Shown: positions 12,111 to 25,092, counted from the stretch's first letter. The stretch: DNA of 64,000 nt from Octopus sinensis (GCF_006345805.1 NC_043003.1:66960001-67024000), one strand, 5' to 3'. Notes: a model not told the origin generated them from the sequence alone. Numbers and translations are program-made.

Positions 12111-13203
12111 TGGAGTTTCATATCAAAATGTTTTTTGCTTCTTCAACTTACTCTCTCACACGTGTATTTTGAATTTTTCGTTTTAGTTTCAGGTTTCCAT
12201 GTGCGAGTAGTATATAAGCTTCAGTTTCTATACAGAAGATTGTATCTATTAGTGCTTATACGCAGATGCATACGCACGCACACACACACACACACGCACA
12301 CGCACACACACACACACGCACGCACACACACACACATATACGCCTGCTCTCACACATGTGTTTATGTGTATGTATGTATATATATGTATATATATGCACA
12401 TATGCACGGGCGTTATGTATATATATATATATATACATTTGCATTTGCGTATATATATATATATATATATACACGTGCATGTGCATGTCTGGGTATATAT
12501 GTTCGTGCATGTCTATATATATATGTGTGTGTGTGTGTGCATGTGTATGTGCGTGTGGGTGTGCATAGTATACACGCACATATATAGACACATACGTAAA
12601 TTTACACATACAAACACATAACCTTCACACATAAACATACTTTTACTACGCACACAGACTCGCACACACACACATAAACTCACATACACTCACATACACA
12701 AACACCAGCATCCATGTCATCTATCTTCAAAGAACTACCGCTGAGCTTTCAGCGTGAGCTTAACTAAATGTTTATTTCTTGAAATATTCCGTGTTTGTTT
12801 ATGCCTCCTCTTCTGTATATTGTATCTCTGGGTTGGACTACTTCCACTTTGAGGCCGTGTATTTTGTTTAGTGTCGTAGTTTATGTATCGTTGAAGGTTT
12901 GAAATCCTAAGTGTTTATTTGTCTACATGACTTCGCACCATGTTTGACATGAATCTATTGCGAATCAGTTCTGGCTTTCGTTTTTTATATCATGCAGTTT
13001 TATTAAGAAAAATGGAATGAATACATTTCAAATAAGATGTTGATAATATTATGAAGAAATTATATATATATATATATGAATAAAAAATGGAGTTAACGCA
13101 GGTTTAAACAAGTATTTTTACTTTCTACATATGTTTCGAAAATTCCACTGATACTATTTATTTATTTTTCCGTGTTAATTGTTAACAAGGTAAAAATACA
13201 CTC

Positions 13204-13237
<34 letters not shown>

Positions 13238-13241
<4 letters not shown>

Positions 13242-14112
13242 AATAAGAAAACAGAGAGGATATAAAATCGACAGACATCAGCCGCTAAACATTCTAGTAT
13301 GTCTATTTATTCAAATGTATTGGAGGAATACACGCACATATATGAGTGTTACAGATTAGCGAGTAGAAAAAGCTGGTAACTGCATAAACAAGGCTGTGAA
13401 TACATATAATTATAAAGAATCAACTGAGCAAATGAGCAAATTGGCAAAAACATGAATGGGTGTGCAGGTACCAATTCCTCACGGCCGTTTCTGCCAAGAG
13501 GCAACGAAATCTTCCAGGTTATCTCCATCTCTACAGTGTTGTGCAGGGATGAGCAGACAAGGCTTGGATAGTGGATGTGCCCTTAGGTTTTTTCAGAGAG
13601 TCTAAGAGGGTCTAAGTGGTTGGGGGGGGGGGGTTAACACATATAAAAATCAGTTAAGAATAGCTAAGGTGTGTTTATATATGTAAACAGAGTAAGAATA
13701 AGAGTAAGAACAAACACGAGAATACAGGTGGAGTACAGCATAATACAATGATGTGGGCATAGCAAGGGGAAATAAGGTACTAACTTCCCGTAATTTAGTA
13801 TAAGATCCATGTTATTTCATCCAGTGGTGGTTAAGGGAATATACCCGTTCTCAGGAGGAATTTTTTCAGGAGGGATAATTTCACAAAGTTCACATTGTGT
13901 TTCTATAGAACTTTAGTGGTGTGTTCGATGGTATGGTCCGTGTTTCTATATGCTTTTGTTTTCACACCCTTGCTTATGCAGTTACCAGATTTTTCCACTC
14001 GCTAATATGTACCACTCATACGTGTGTGTATTCATCCAATACATTTGAATAAGTAGAATGTTTACCGACTGATGTCTGTCGATTTTATATCCTCTCCGTT
14101 TTCTTATTTGCC
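13238..14112. mobile_element. Foldback element with about 160-bp inverted termini
   Basis: GGCAAATAAGAAAAC.GAGAGGATATAAAATCGACAGACATCAG... (13238-13400) is the reverse complement of 13961-14112; left end abuts (TA)n. Confidence 0.85.
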
Positions 14113-14249
14113 GTATAAATCAAGGATAAACCACTCGTTTACCCCCGCCCAAATATAATACTCAATTGCGAGATTGCCATGGAATAACTAGCACTCATAT
14201 ACATATATATATATATATATAAGTAATTACATGAAAAAATTAATTACAT

Positions 14250-14585
14250 GTGTGGTTAAGAAACTTGTTTTGCAATGACGCGGTTTCCGGTTCAGTCCCA
14301 CAGTTCGTCCCCTTGGGCATGTATCTACTTGCCGGAAATTTGGTAGCCGGAAATCGTATGTAAAACTGTTGTGTGTGTATGTGTGTTTGTCTGTATGCCT
14401 TTATGCTTGTATTTGCAGCCCATATGACAGCTGGTGATGTTTTTTTTAAGTCCTTGTAAGTTAGAGGTTCGGCAAAAGGGACTTAAATAAAAGATTACTA
14501 AGGTCGATTAGTTCTACTCAGCCCTTGAATCAGTGCTCCAGCATGGTCACAGTTCAATAAGTGACGCACGTAAAAGATTAAAGAT
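14250..14585 (+). mobile_element. SINE family 1, diverged copy
   Basis: Head GTGTGGTTAAGAA...GGTTCAGTCCCAC, internal (TG)n, tail GTGCTCCAGCATGGTCACAG. Confidence 0.75.
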
Positions 14586-15119
14586 AACCACGCTGCTTTC
14601 AGGTAATCCAGTATATTCTATTAATTTGTATACAAGTTTATTAATTTTAAAGAGAGTGAATGAATGAATGTGTGTGTTTGTGTGTGTGTGTGTGTTTGTA
14701 TGTGTGTATGTGTGTGAAAATCCTTCCCAGTGGGTCGCTGGTAGCACTTCAATGGCTACAGATTCGGTTACGAGCTGGGGGTTGTGTAGGTTTTCGGGGT
14801 AACCGGTAATAAAGTCACAATTTTGGTTAGGAAATAAAGGCAAAGGAAAAAAGTCGTAATTAATTTATGGGATCCGGAGAAAACACCACCGGACAAAATC
14901 CCTGTCACTTTTCTCCGTTACTTTTTTCCTGTGGCTTTTTTTTTTACCTGGATTCGTGTAGCTGTGTATTCGCGTTTATTAGAGCGTGCAATGTTTGCTA
15001 CTTTGTTGTCTGAGCAGGAATCACTGACAATTGCAATATGTGTGGCTATATTTGAATCCACCAACGAGAGGTATTCAGCAACAGTACTTTGTAATAAAGA
15101 TTGTTTGCCAACATAACAT

Positions 15120-15396
15120 GGCAGTCCCGATCTAGGACGAATGATGCTGAAAATTAGCCCCAGGAGACATCGTCTCTAGCTGGCTATACGACACGATGTG
15201 TCCTTACATTTTCGAACAAGGGAATCTAGCACACACCCCACTCAGCTCAAAACAATATATGTGTATCGCGATTTCCAGGTTATTTCCCCTCATCAGCACA
15301 GAATAATTGTTCGGCTAGAGGTGGCGCTTCCAAATTCCCATTCGAAATATATATGGGGATAAATTACAGCGACATTCGTCCTAGACCGGTACTGCC
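15120..15396. mobile_element. 277-bp element with 24-bp TIRs enclosing a hammerhead-like motif
   Basis: GGCAGTCCCGATCTAGGACGAATG (15120-15143) versus CATTCGTCCTAGACCGGTACTGCC (15373-15396), 2 mismatches. Confidence 0.8.
15260..15300 (-). ncRNA. Minimal type-I hammerhead ribozyme-like motif
   Basis: Minus strand TGTG CTGATGA GGGG AAATAA CCTG GAAA TCGCGAT A CACA: stem I TGTG/CACA, intact core, palindromic stem III ATCGCGAT, AUA site; G-G mismatch at the base of stem II. Confidence 0.62.
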
Positions 15397-15621
15397 GACT
15401 TCACCTTTTTATCCTTTCGGAGTCGATAAATTAAGTACTAGTGAATCGCTGGGGTCCCTGTAATCGACTAGTCCTCTTCCCCCAAATTTCATGCCTTGTA
15501 CCTTTAGTAGAAAGGATTATTATATTAGTATTATTAGCTGTAACTCTAAAACCTATTTCACTAATTAATTATATTGTAATCTAAATGATTGTGTTCCTTT
15601 TTTTTTCTTTTTTTTCTAAGT

Positions 15622-15825
15622 GTAAGGTGTTCAAAAAGTTTCTCTGTCGTGAATATATTTCACTGCTCAAATATTGTCTTTCCATTTGTAGGTCAACTCA
15701 CCGAAAATGAAATTAATAATGCATACTCTTTCAACACCTCTTATAAAGTATTTTAAAGTCTTGTAAAGTCTAATATATTCTTTTGTAGTCTTATACCATC
15801 TTATGAATATTTTGCAATAAAACAT
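15622..15825. mobile_element. Short derivative of the 4170-4700 Tc1/mariner family (further pieces at 18548-18725 and 34905-35040)
   Basis: TIR-like GGTGTTCAAAAAGT and the subterminal AAAGTCTTGTAAAGTCTAATATA segment; the 18548-18725 copy encodes FGERIISKGLWPPRSPDLTPPDFFL on the minus strand. Confidence 0.75.
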
Positions 15826-16147
15826 TTATGCTAGCACGTCGGCCAAAATGCTTAGCGGCATTTCGTCCGTCTTTACGTCTTTGATTCAAATTCCTCTGAA
15901 GCTGACTTTGCATTTCATCCTTTCGGGAGCGATAAAATCAGTGACAGTCGAGCACTAGGGTCTCGGTATTCGACTTCCTCACTCCCTCAAAACTGCTGGC
16001 CTTGTGCCAAAATGTGAAAACACGTATGTTAATATGGTACAATAAATAACTTCAGTATAGTATAAAATACTCACATTTCTCTGTCTCTCCTGCCTGCACT
16101 TTAGTCTTTGTAAATATAAAGGCATATATATATATATATATATGTGC

Positions 16148-16204
<57 letters not shown>

Positions 16205-16951
16205 GTGTGTGTGTGTGTGTGTGTGTATACGTACTTATGTGCATACACATGTGGATAATCATTCGCATACTAACATAAATACACACGCATTTACACATAC
16301 TTAGGCGAACAAAAAGCACTAGAACATAAAATAAAATAAAATAAAATAAAATAAAATATAAAATACATCTATGAAAGTTCTGAACGTGCTTCCGGGTTGC
16401 TCTCTCAATTAAATAAAGCAAGAAGCTTATGAATGTCAAGAAGTTGGAAAAAGGTTTCTCTTTTGAGATCTTCTGCAGTAAAAAAAAATAATCAAAAAAA
16501 AAAAAAAAAGAGAATCGAAGAGAAACGTTAGGAATGAAAAAAAAAGTCTCAGTCTTACGAATTTATCTTTATTTGTCCTATTGGTACGCGGGAGAAAATA
16601 TAATTAAAAAAAAAAGAAACGACCTGAATAAAGATTCGAACTATTTCTTCTTTGAACACGTTTTAGAGTTAATCCATTTAGTATCAGAAAAGGTGAACTG
16701 TATAATAAATAAATACATTCATACACGCGCACACATAAATACACACATATGTTTATATATATATATATATGAATATATATATATATATAATGTGTGTGTG
16801 TGCGTGTCGAAGAGAAAAAATAGGCGAAAGCCTTTATGTGCAAAACTATTTCATACTTATTTTCAAGATTACCCCTGATCTGTTTCTGTGTCATTATATA
16901 TGTGTATGTATGCAAGCATGTATGTATATATGCATATATAGATATACAGAT

Positions 16952-17008
<57 letters not shown>

Positions 17009-17100
17009 CATACGTATATATTTTATACATATATGTATAGGTACATACATATATAAACATACATGTGTGTGTATGTGTGTGTATATATATATATATATTA

Positions 17101-17131
<31 letters not shown>

Positions 17132-17602
17132 GCATATATATATATATATATAATATATACGTACATACGTACATACATACATGCAAACATACGTACATAG
17201 GGAAATGATGTGACAAAGATTAAAGCAGCTATGTTTTGAAATGCATTAGCTTACAGTTGTTTCTGCTGTCGGATGCAGTAGACTCATCATTGAGTATCTC
17301 AATAACACACTATAACTTGATCGTGTCTTTCTCATTGGTAATGTATTTCCCCATACATTTGCACAACTAAATTGCACTCTATCTTCGAAGCTCTGTTGAA
17401 GCTATAAAGCAGTGTTTCTCAACCTTTTTACTCTTGTGTAACGCTTAAAGTACATTATCTCATGAAGCTCTGCACAAAAAAAAAAAAATTATACCATATC
17501 TTACTCATAATTTTTCATAGTAGTTCACGTGGTAAATATCATTCATATATGCATACATAGATACATACATACATACATATATATATATATATACATAGAT
17601 AC

Positions 17603-17659
<57 letters not shown>

Positions 17660-17684
17660 GTGTGTGTGTGTGTGTGTGTGTGAC

Positions 17685-17810
17685 AACCAATAATTAACGC
17701 AACCAAACTTTTACATGTTACTTCTGACAATCTTTTTCTAAAGAGTGAAACCGGTAAAGTAAATAAACATCTTTTAAAATTGCATTCTCAAACCTTCTTT
17801 CATATATAAT
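17685..17810. repeat. Dispersed repeat of unknown class (second copy about 39025-39145)
   Basis: AACCAATAATTAACGCAACCAA...AAAGAGTGAAACCGGTAAAGTAAATAAACATCTTTTAAA shared at both sites. Confidence 0.8.
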
Positions 17811-17858
17811 TCCACTCGTGCGAGGGACAAACAGACACACAAACATATACACACACAC

Positions 17859-17916
<58 letters not shown>

Positions 17917-18838
17917 GCACACGACAGGCTTCCTTCCGTTTTCGTCTTAGAAATCCACTTACAAGGCTTTGGTCGGCTCAAGGCTATAGTAGAAGACACT
18001 TGCCCAAGGTGCCACACAGTAGAACTGAACCCGGAACCTTGTGGCTGGTAAACAAGCTACTTACCACACAGCCACTCCTGCGCCTATATATATTTAGTGG
18101 AAGATAAGTTCATAGCATTATGAATGAGTGTGTGGGTGTTCCCATGTACGTAATCTCGGGAAGCGATCCCTAATTTGAATATTGGCTTACTTTGTCTCTC
18201 GGCTTACTTCTCATGTAAAGTAGAGAAGACGAAATCAAATATTTTAACGTTCGTGTATGTTTGCAATGGTGTTTTTACTATATTCTCTTATTTGAAGGAA
18301 GTTCGCTGAGATGTGTAACCGTGAGACAGTTTCATCTTAATGCTAACTTAATATCAACTTTGGCTATCGAGATGTCCCCCGTCAATACAATCTCGCGATC
18401 TAAAATGATATATCGCTTCAGCTACTCTATGCTGCTTGTCGGGGCACACATGCATATCATTCAAATTGCTAGTTTTCTTGAGTATTGACTCTTGTATTAT
18501 CTATGACTTGTCACCAGTGGGTTTTCTGAAATATACAAAGAGAGAAATACAGGATGTCCAAAAAGTCTCTCCGCAGTAAATATTTAATGGTTTTCGGACG
18601 ATTCCTGTACACTGATCCTTTACTTGCTCCCTAGAGGAAGAAGTCTGGCGGTGTTAAATCAGGTGATCTTGGTGGCCAAAGTCCTTTCGAAATAATCCGT
18701 TCACCGAAAAACCCTCCAGAGGCAATTCCTCCGTAGGGTCATTTTAGGCGGATTTCCAAGCGTGGCCATCTGAAACTATGGATATTACCCCTAGGTTTCC
18801 TGTCTGTTGGCACAGCTTCAGAATCACTGCCCTACCGA

Positions 18839-18870
<32 letters not shown>

Positions 18871-18949
18871 ACAGGAACATGAAGTATCACTACAACCATC
18901 ATGAGAAATGAACCACAGGGCTGAATAAGGAATTTCAAACAACAATAAT

Positions 18950-19575
18950 GACAACGTTTTTTGTACTCTAGGCATAAGGCTCGAACTTTTGGGGAGGGGG
19001 GGCCAGTCGATTTGATCGACCACAGTACACATCTGGTACTTAATTTATCGACCCCGAAAGAGTGAAAGGCAAAGTCGACCTCGGCGGAATTTGAACTCAG
19101 AACGTAGCGGTAGACGAAATACCTATTTTTTTGCTACCCACAAGGGGTTTAAACACAGAGGGAACAAACAAGGACAGACACACGGATTAAGTCGATTATA
19201 TCGACCCAAGTGCGTAACTGGTACTTATTTAATCGATCCCGAAAGGATGAAAGGCAAAGTCGACCTCGGCGGAATTTGAACTCAGAACGTAGCGGCAGAC
19301 GAAATACGGCTACGCATTTCGCCCGGCGTGCTAACGTTTCTGCCAGCTCACCGCCTTTATATTTTTTTCTACTCTAGGCATAAAGCCCGAAATTTTGGGG
19401 AGGGGGTCAGTCGATTAGATCGACTCCAGTACGTAACTGGTACTTAATTTATCGACCCCGAAAGGATGAGAGGCAATGTTGACCACGGTGGAATTTGATG
19501 TCAGAACGTAAAGACAGACGAACAACCGCCAAGCGTTTCGCCCGGCGTGCTAACGTTTCTGCCAGCTCGCCGCCT
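18950..19575 (-). mobile_element. Three clustered SINE family 2 copies
   Basis: Three repeats of ATCGACCCCGAAAGGATGAAAGGCAAAGTCGACCTCGGCGGAATTTGAACTCAGAACGT; the middle copy has the same tail as 3129-3361. Confidence 0.88.
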
Positions 19576-19599
19576 TACAAAAATGACGTTTACTGCCAC

Positions 19600-20060
19600 A
19601 CAAGCTATCAAAACAACCTGAACAATGTCAAAATAATAACCAACACCGCAACAACCACAACAACCACAGCCCGTGTCACCATCACTACCACTACCGCCAC
19701 TACCAATACTAGCATGACAAGTAGGTCCATCTATTATTACCACCGTCACCACCACCACCATCAATAACAACAACAACCACAGTACCTCCTCTAGCTTCAC
19801 CACAGCTCGTAGCATCACCACCACCACCGCCACCGCTACCACTTGCACAACGACGATATTCAACTACCACCACCACCACCACCACCACCGCCGCCATTTG
19901 CATGATAACCAGGTCCAATCGTCACCCACCACCACCGGTACCAACAACGCCATTACCACCGCCAGCACCAACAACACCATCACCACCACCACCACCAACA
20001 CCGCCACCATCACTACCGCCAGCACCTAGACGAAGAACACAAACACAAAATACAAACCAA
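19600..20060. repeat. Cryptic (CAC/CAA/CAT)n trinucleotide low-complexity tract
   Basis: Direct reading. Confidence 0.85.
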
Positions 20061-20651
20061 CACAACAAATAGCAAATTAAATAAATATGACTGATCCACT
20101 TTGACATAATTTGTCAAGACAAACTAATTAAAGCCATTCAACTCGTCTTCAGTTTTGATTTCTACATTTTATTACGGATTCTGTCTTCCGTATTTTTTTT
20201 TCCTTTATAATTCTTCCCAAAAAACACTTCCAACAAACTCAAGAAATTGCGTTTCCTCTCTACAGATTCCTGCTTGTTCCCTTTCCATCTCTACATTTCA
20301 ATCACGCTCTCTTTATTTTTATCCTCTCACTCCTCCTCTAGTTCAGAGCCACGTATATCTCTATCACACATCAAAATATTTCTTTTAATTTTTTTTTGTT
20401 ATATTCGATGCAATCATCATTTAAGATATTATCTAATTGAATTTGTACAGTCTCCAGCAGTGCTTCATTTTTTTCCTTAACAACTCATACCACGCCCCTC
20501 CTTTTTTTATATTTTGTTTAGCAATCTTTTTGGGGGTATTTGTGTCTGTATATGGTTTTTATGACCATTAGCAGCTCTCAGACCGTTTAACGCCCGTGTT
20601 TGTGTGAATATGTGTGCGTGTGAATATGTGTGTGTGTGTGGTGTGTGTGTA

Positions 20652-20682
<31 letters not shown>

Positions 20683-20739
20683 TTCATATTGTCACTGTGT
20701 CTACCTATCTAGCAATTCATCTATCTAAATCGCCGGAAC

Positions 20740-21630
20740 TTATCTATTCTTTTACTCGCTTCCGTTATTTGACTGCGGCCATGATGGAACATCGCCTTAA
20801 AGGGTTTTAGTCAAATAAATCACCCTCAGGTCTTATTGGTCGCTATTGCCAAACCGCTTAGTTGCGGGGATGTAAACTCACCAAGACCAGTTGTCAAGCA
20901 GTGACACAAAGACACACACACACAGTCAAACAAACGAACACAAACATACATACATACATACACACATACACACACACACACACCTATACATGCATACGAC
21001 GGGCTTCTTTCAGTTTTCGTCTACCAAATCTACTCACAAGGCTCTGGTCGGCTCGAGGTTATAATAGAAGACACTTGCCCAAGGTGTCACACAGTGGGAC
21101 TGAACCCGGAACCATGTGGTTGGGAGCAAGCTTGATACCACACATCCACTTCTATCTTATTGCTAAACCACTACAGATACACAGACGTGTGTTTGTGTGT
21201 GTATATTTACACACAAGAAAACTCAATATTGAGCTCAACGGCAAAATATGCCTGGTGTTTGTTTTGCCGAACAGCTAAGTTACGGGGACGTAAACGCTTT
21301 AATACCGGTTGTCAAGCGGTGGTGCAGGACAAACACACACGCAAAACACATACACACACGTGTATGTGTGTATTTATACATACATACGTACGTGCGTACG
21401 TGCATGCATACATACATACATACATACATACATACATACATACATACATACATACATACATACATACATACATACGTACGTACGTACATAAATATGTACG
21501 ATGAACTTTCACTTTCCGACTACGAAATCTCGGCCCGAAACTATAGCAGAAGATATTTGCCCAAGGTGCCACGCAGTGAAAGTGAACCCAAATTCATGTG
21601 TTTGGGAAGCAATTTTCTTACCGCACAGTC
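20740..21630 (-). mobile_element. Two tandem SINE family 1 copies with internal (CATA)n expansions
   Basis: Reverse-complement tail, microsatellite, then head (AGACACTTGCCCAAGGTG..CAGTGGGACTGAACCC) twice. Confidence 0.85.
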
Positions 21631-21809
21631 ACGCATGCACCATAACCATAATAAATCTGAATTTCATTTTCAGTGCTTGAATTCTTCAAATACGAAACGA
21701 AAAACTCAATAAGCGCCAAAACAACTCTGGTAAATATTTATGCAAACTACATTGACAAGCAGAGGTTTATGGCATCAAAACCATTATAAATTACTGTGTA
21801 TAATTACTA

Positions 21810-22042
21810 CTTTTTACTCTCTTTACTCTCTTTTACTCTTTTACTTGTTTCAATGATTTCACTGTGGCCATGCTGAAGCACCGCCTTTAGTCGAGCAAAT
21901 CAACACCAGGACTTATTCTTTGTAGGCCTAGTACTTATTCTATCGATATATTTTGCCGAACCGTTAAGTTACGGGGACGTAAACATACCAGCATCGGTTG
22001 TCAAGCGATGTTGGGGGGACAAACACAGACACACAAATATAT

Positions 22043-22117
<75 letters not shown>

Positions 22118-22470
22118 TCAATAAATGGTGAGGTTGTGTTGACCGCACGTGGAGAAATGATAAGCAATGAAAAATTGTAAAAATGCAGAATGCTCGATTG
22201 AAAGAAAATTTTAATGAATTGAGAAAATGAAAAAATATAGAAATATATATTTATTCAAACCGGTTTTCGTCATAGTTTGACTTATCAAGAATAGTTAGGT
22301 GAAAAGGTTTATATATATATATATATATATATGACGGACTTCTTTCAGTTTCTGTCTACCAAATCCATTCACAAGGCTTTGGTCGGCCTGAGGCTATAGG
22401 AGAAGACACTTGCCCAAGGTGCCACGCAGTGGGATTGAACCCGGGGCCATGTGGTTGGTAATAACTATAT
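21810..22470 (-). mobile_element. SINE family 1 copy whose internal microsatellite carries a about 195-bp insertion (22116-22310)
   Basis: 3' half 21810-22040 and 5' half 22330-22470 separated by (CA)n(TA)n, a unique 195-bp segment, then (TA)n. Confidence 0.85.
22252..22293 (-). ncRNA. Minimal type-I hammerhead-like motif with U3-A8 core variant
   Basis: Minus strand TATTC TTGATAA GTCA AACTA TGAC GAAA ACCGGTT T GAATA: 5-bp stem I, 4-bp stem II, palindromic AACCGGTT stem III. Confidence 0.62.
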
Positions 22471-22960
22471 ACGCCTGTATATAGTTATAATAAATGTAGC
22501 CATAATTAAGCAGACAGAAGGGCGATAGTTTATGGCAGTCCTTCACCAGGGTCACATAAGCGGAGAAACAACTGAGGTAAAAGGGAATCCACGGTGAGGA
22601 GAACTGCAGGGATTTACTAAGGTGGCCGCATTCCATGGGGTATTGGTTTGAAATATTGGTACAAGACCATCAATATCGTGAGAGGAGTAAGCCGATTACT
22701 TCCACACTTGTGTTCAAATGATGCTTAGTTTATCGACCCCTAAAAGATGAACGGCAAATTTGACCATGGCGGAATCTGAACTCAGAACGTAAAGACGAAC
22801 GAATTTCTTCCAGGCATTGTGCCCGGCTTGCTAACAATTCTACTAGCCCCTTGTAATTATCTATTTAAATTCTGGTTTCAAATTTTAACACAAGGCCAGC
22901 AATTTTTTAGTACGGCTTAGTCGAATTCATCAATCCCAGTGCTTAACTAATATGTATTTT

Positions 22961-23373
22961 GGTACTTTTTGGTTATCTCACCCCCATTAAGAAATTGGGT
23001 TATCTCCCCCAACTAAAGAAATTGTTTAACCCTCGAAAAAAAATGAAAAATTAATAAACATGAAAAGTGAAAAGATTAAATATCTTATTGAATATGATAT
23101 TTTTATAAGAAATCGTACAAAACTGAAAAAAATTAATAAAAATGAAAACGGAAAAAATTAAACATCTTATTGAATATGATAACGTTTTTAAAACAAATCC
23201 CACCATGCCTATTGAGGCGGCCAAAAGTCAACAATATGTTGAAGTATTGGATCAAAAGGATCTAACTCTTTTAATCCAATCTCTTGTCGCCACATAAACT
23301 CAATTTTTTAGTGGAGAGGTAATCCAATTTTTAATGGCAATGTTTTAAAGAGGTGAGGTAACCAAAAAGTACC
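22961..23373. mobile_element. 413-bp MITE with 22-bp TIRs inserted in a SINE family 2 copy
   Basis: GGTACTTTTTGGTTATCTCACC / GGTGAGGTAACCAAAAAGTACC (1 mismatch); SINE sequence continues on both flanks (22860-22960, 23374-23500). Confidence 0.85.
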
Positions 23374-24769
23374 GTTTTTCAACGAATCTGAAAGGATGAA
23401 ATAAATTCAACCTTGGCGGAATTTCAATTTAAAGACGGACGTTATGTCGCTAAGCATTTTGTCCGGCATGGTACCGATTCTGTTAGCTTACCGGCTTAAT
23501 CTATTTAAATATTAAGAGACAATATTGGCCATCTTCTGAATCGACAATGACATAGAATCACCTTTTTCAGACATCATTTTCCAAAACTTCTTCCTTTTTA
23601 CCGTTGATCTCTACTTCATTATCGTGTTAGATAATCGTTCAATTCTTTTATTGAATCTGCTCGTCGAAGTTTATTCTAATCCCATCCGGATTTATTTCCA
23701 CGTTAAATTTTGATCTCATTATCTTTAGTTATACTGGATAATTTACGTCTTTCTACTAATATTTTTAATTAATAATTCCCAATTCACAAATTGTTTATAT
23801 TTACAGCCGTTTTGTATTTTCCTAACATTTTCTTCCTTTTAGACTTATTCTTCACTCTGTTTTTTACTCGGTTTTTAAATTCTCGCCCGTACCTTATTTA
23901 TTAGATATGCTTGAAAGCTTACAAGGTATTCATGCTGCCAGACATTTCAGTTGACTTTAGCGCAACAGGAAAGTTTTAGCTGGCTTTTTCCTGGTTACTT
24001 ATTCCTTTGAAATTTCTCTTTTCATATTCGCCATTACCACACATCTTCTTGTCGTATTTACAAAATTCTCAACTGTGTCACCTTATTGCCATCTGCATAG
24101 CTGTTTATCTATTACTAATGCCCCTTCGATCTCTCAATTTCTTTTTTCTCTTTGCTCCTTTTCTCTCCTTTCTCATTCTTCTGTATATCATTTCCCCAAC
24201 TGTTTCTCTCAATTTCACTAAAATAAACTCGCTTTTCATTCGAAGCAGTTTTCAATGTGGTATTATATATCTATCTCACTTTTCTCCACCTTTTATTCGT
24301 GTGGGTCTTTATATATAGTAACCTCTACTATTTGTATCTTAATATCAATCGGTTATATACTTATGTATGCATAATGCATATTAATGCAGCTCGGTATCAC
24401 TTATCGCCGCATCTCTGAAACAGTTGTAAAGGATCTCCATAGAGTTTCTTGTTTCTTCTCAATTGTATTTTTGCTTATGTAACCTCTAGATATATATCCC
24501 TTGTAAAGGACTACCTTTATATTATATCCGTGTAACTTATTTATATGTTTTGAGGCCCTAAAGTCCGAACTTTAACTTTATTTCCATTAGCTTCAAATGC
24601 GTTTTTCTTATAGCCAACACTTGATCGGCTGGACTGCGTCTCTCATCGCTAAGACGTTGGATTTTAAGGATTTGGTCTGCTCTGTCTTTATTCATTCCTT
24701 ATATATTTTATAACTTTAGGGATGTTCAAGCAGACAAAACACACACACACACTCACAGAGAGGCCTGGC

Positions 24770-25092
24770 TCTCCCTTAGTTACGAGGACGAGTGTTCCAG
24801 ATGATATAGTCAAGCGAACAGCCAGCTAATCGATTCCTGAAATTAACTGGGAAGTGGCTGAGGGCTCCACACACACGCGTACTTTTAACGTCATTCACAG
24901 GGATATTCAGCTAATACAGAATGTGACACGGCTGGCAATTTAAATTATAGGTACAACTCATTTTGCTAGCAGAGTGGATAGGAGCAATGAGAAATAATGT
25001 GTAGCTCAAAGACACACCATGCTACCGGGAATCGAACTATTGACCTTTTGATTGTGAGCTGAGTACTGAGTCACTGAACCACGCGCCTTCAC
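24770..25092 (-). mobile_element. SINE family 3 (tRNA head plus TTGAGCAAGACAC...CTCAGCTG/CCACTC domain); related copy 54640-55010
   Basis: Reverse-complement head ending GCCTTCAC, B-box region GGGAATCGAAC, shared central segment between the two loci. Confidence 0.65.

Noticed and set aside
13095-13205. GAAACATATGTA (minus, near 13130) and GAAACAACTGTA (minus, near 17255) hammerhead-like right halves
   Set aside because: Left cores are mutated or truncated and stems are incomplete; kept only as hints.
19495-20107. Thr/His/Gly/Val-rich ORFs as a low-complexity protein exon
   Set aside because: Cryptic trinucleotide repeat, open on both strands, with no convincing splice sites.
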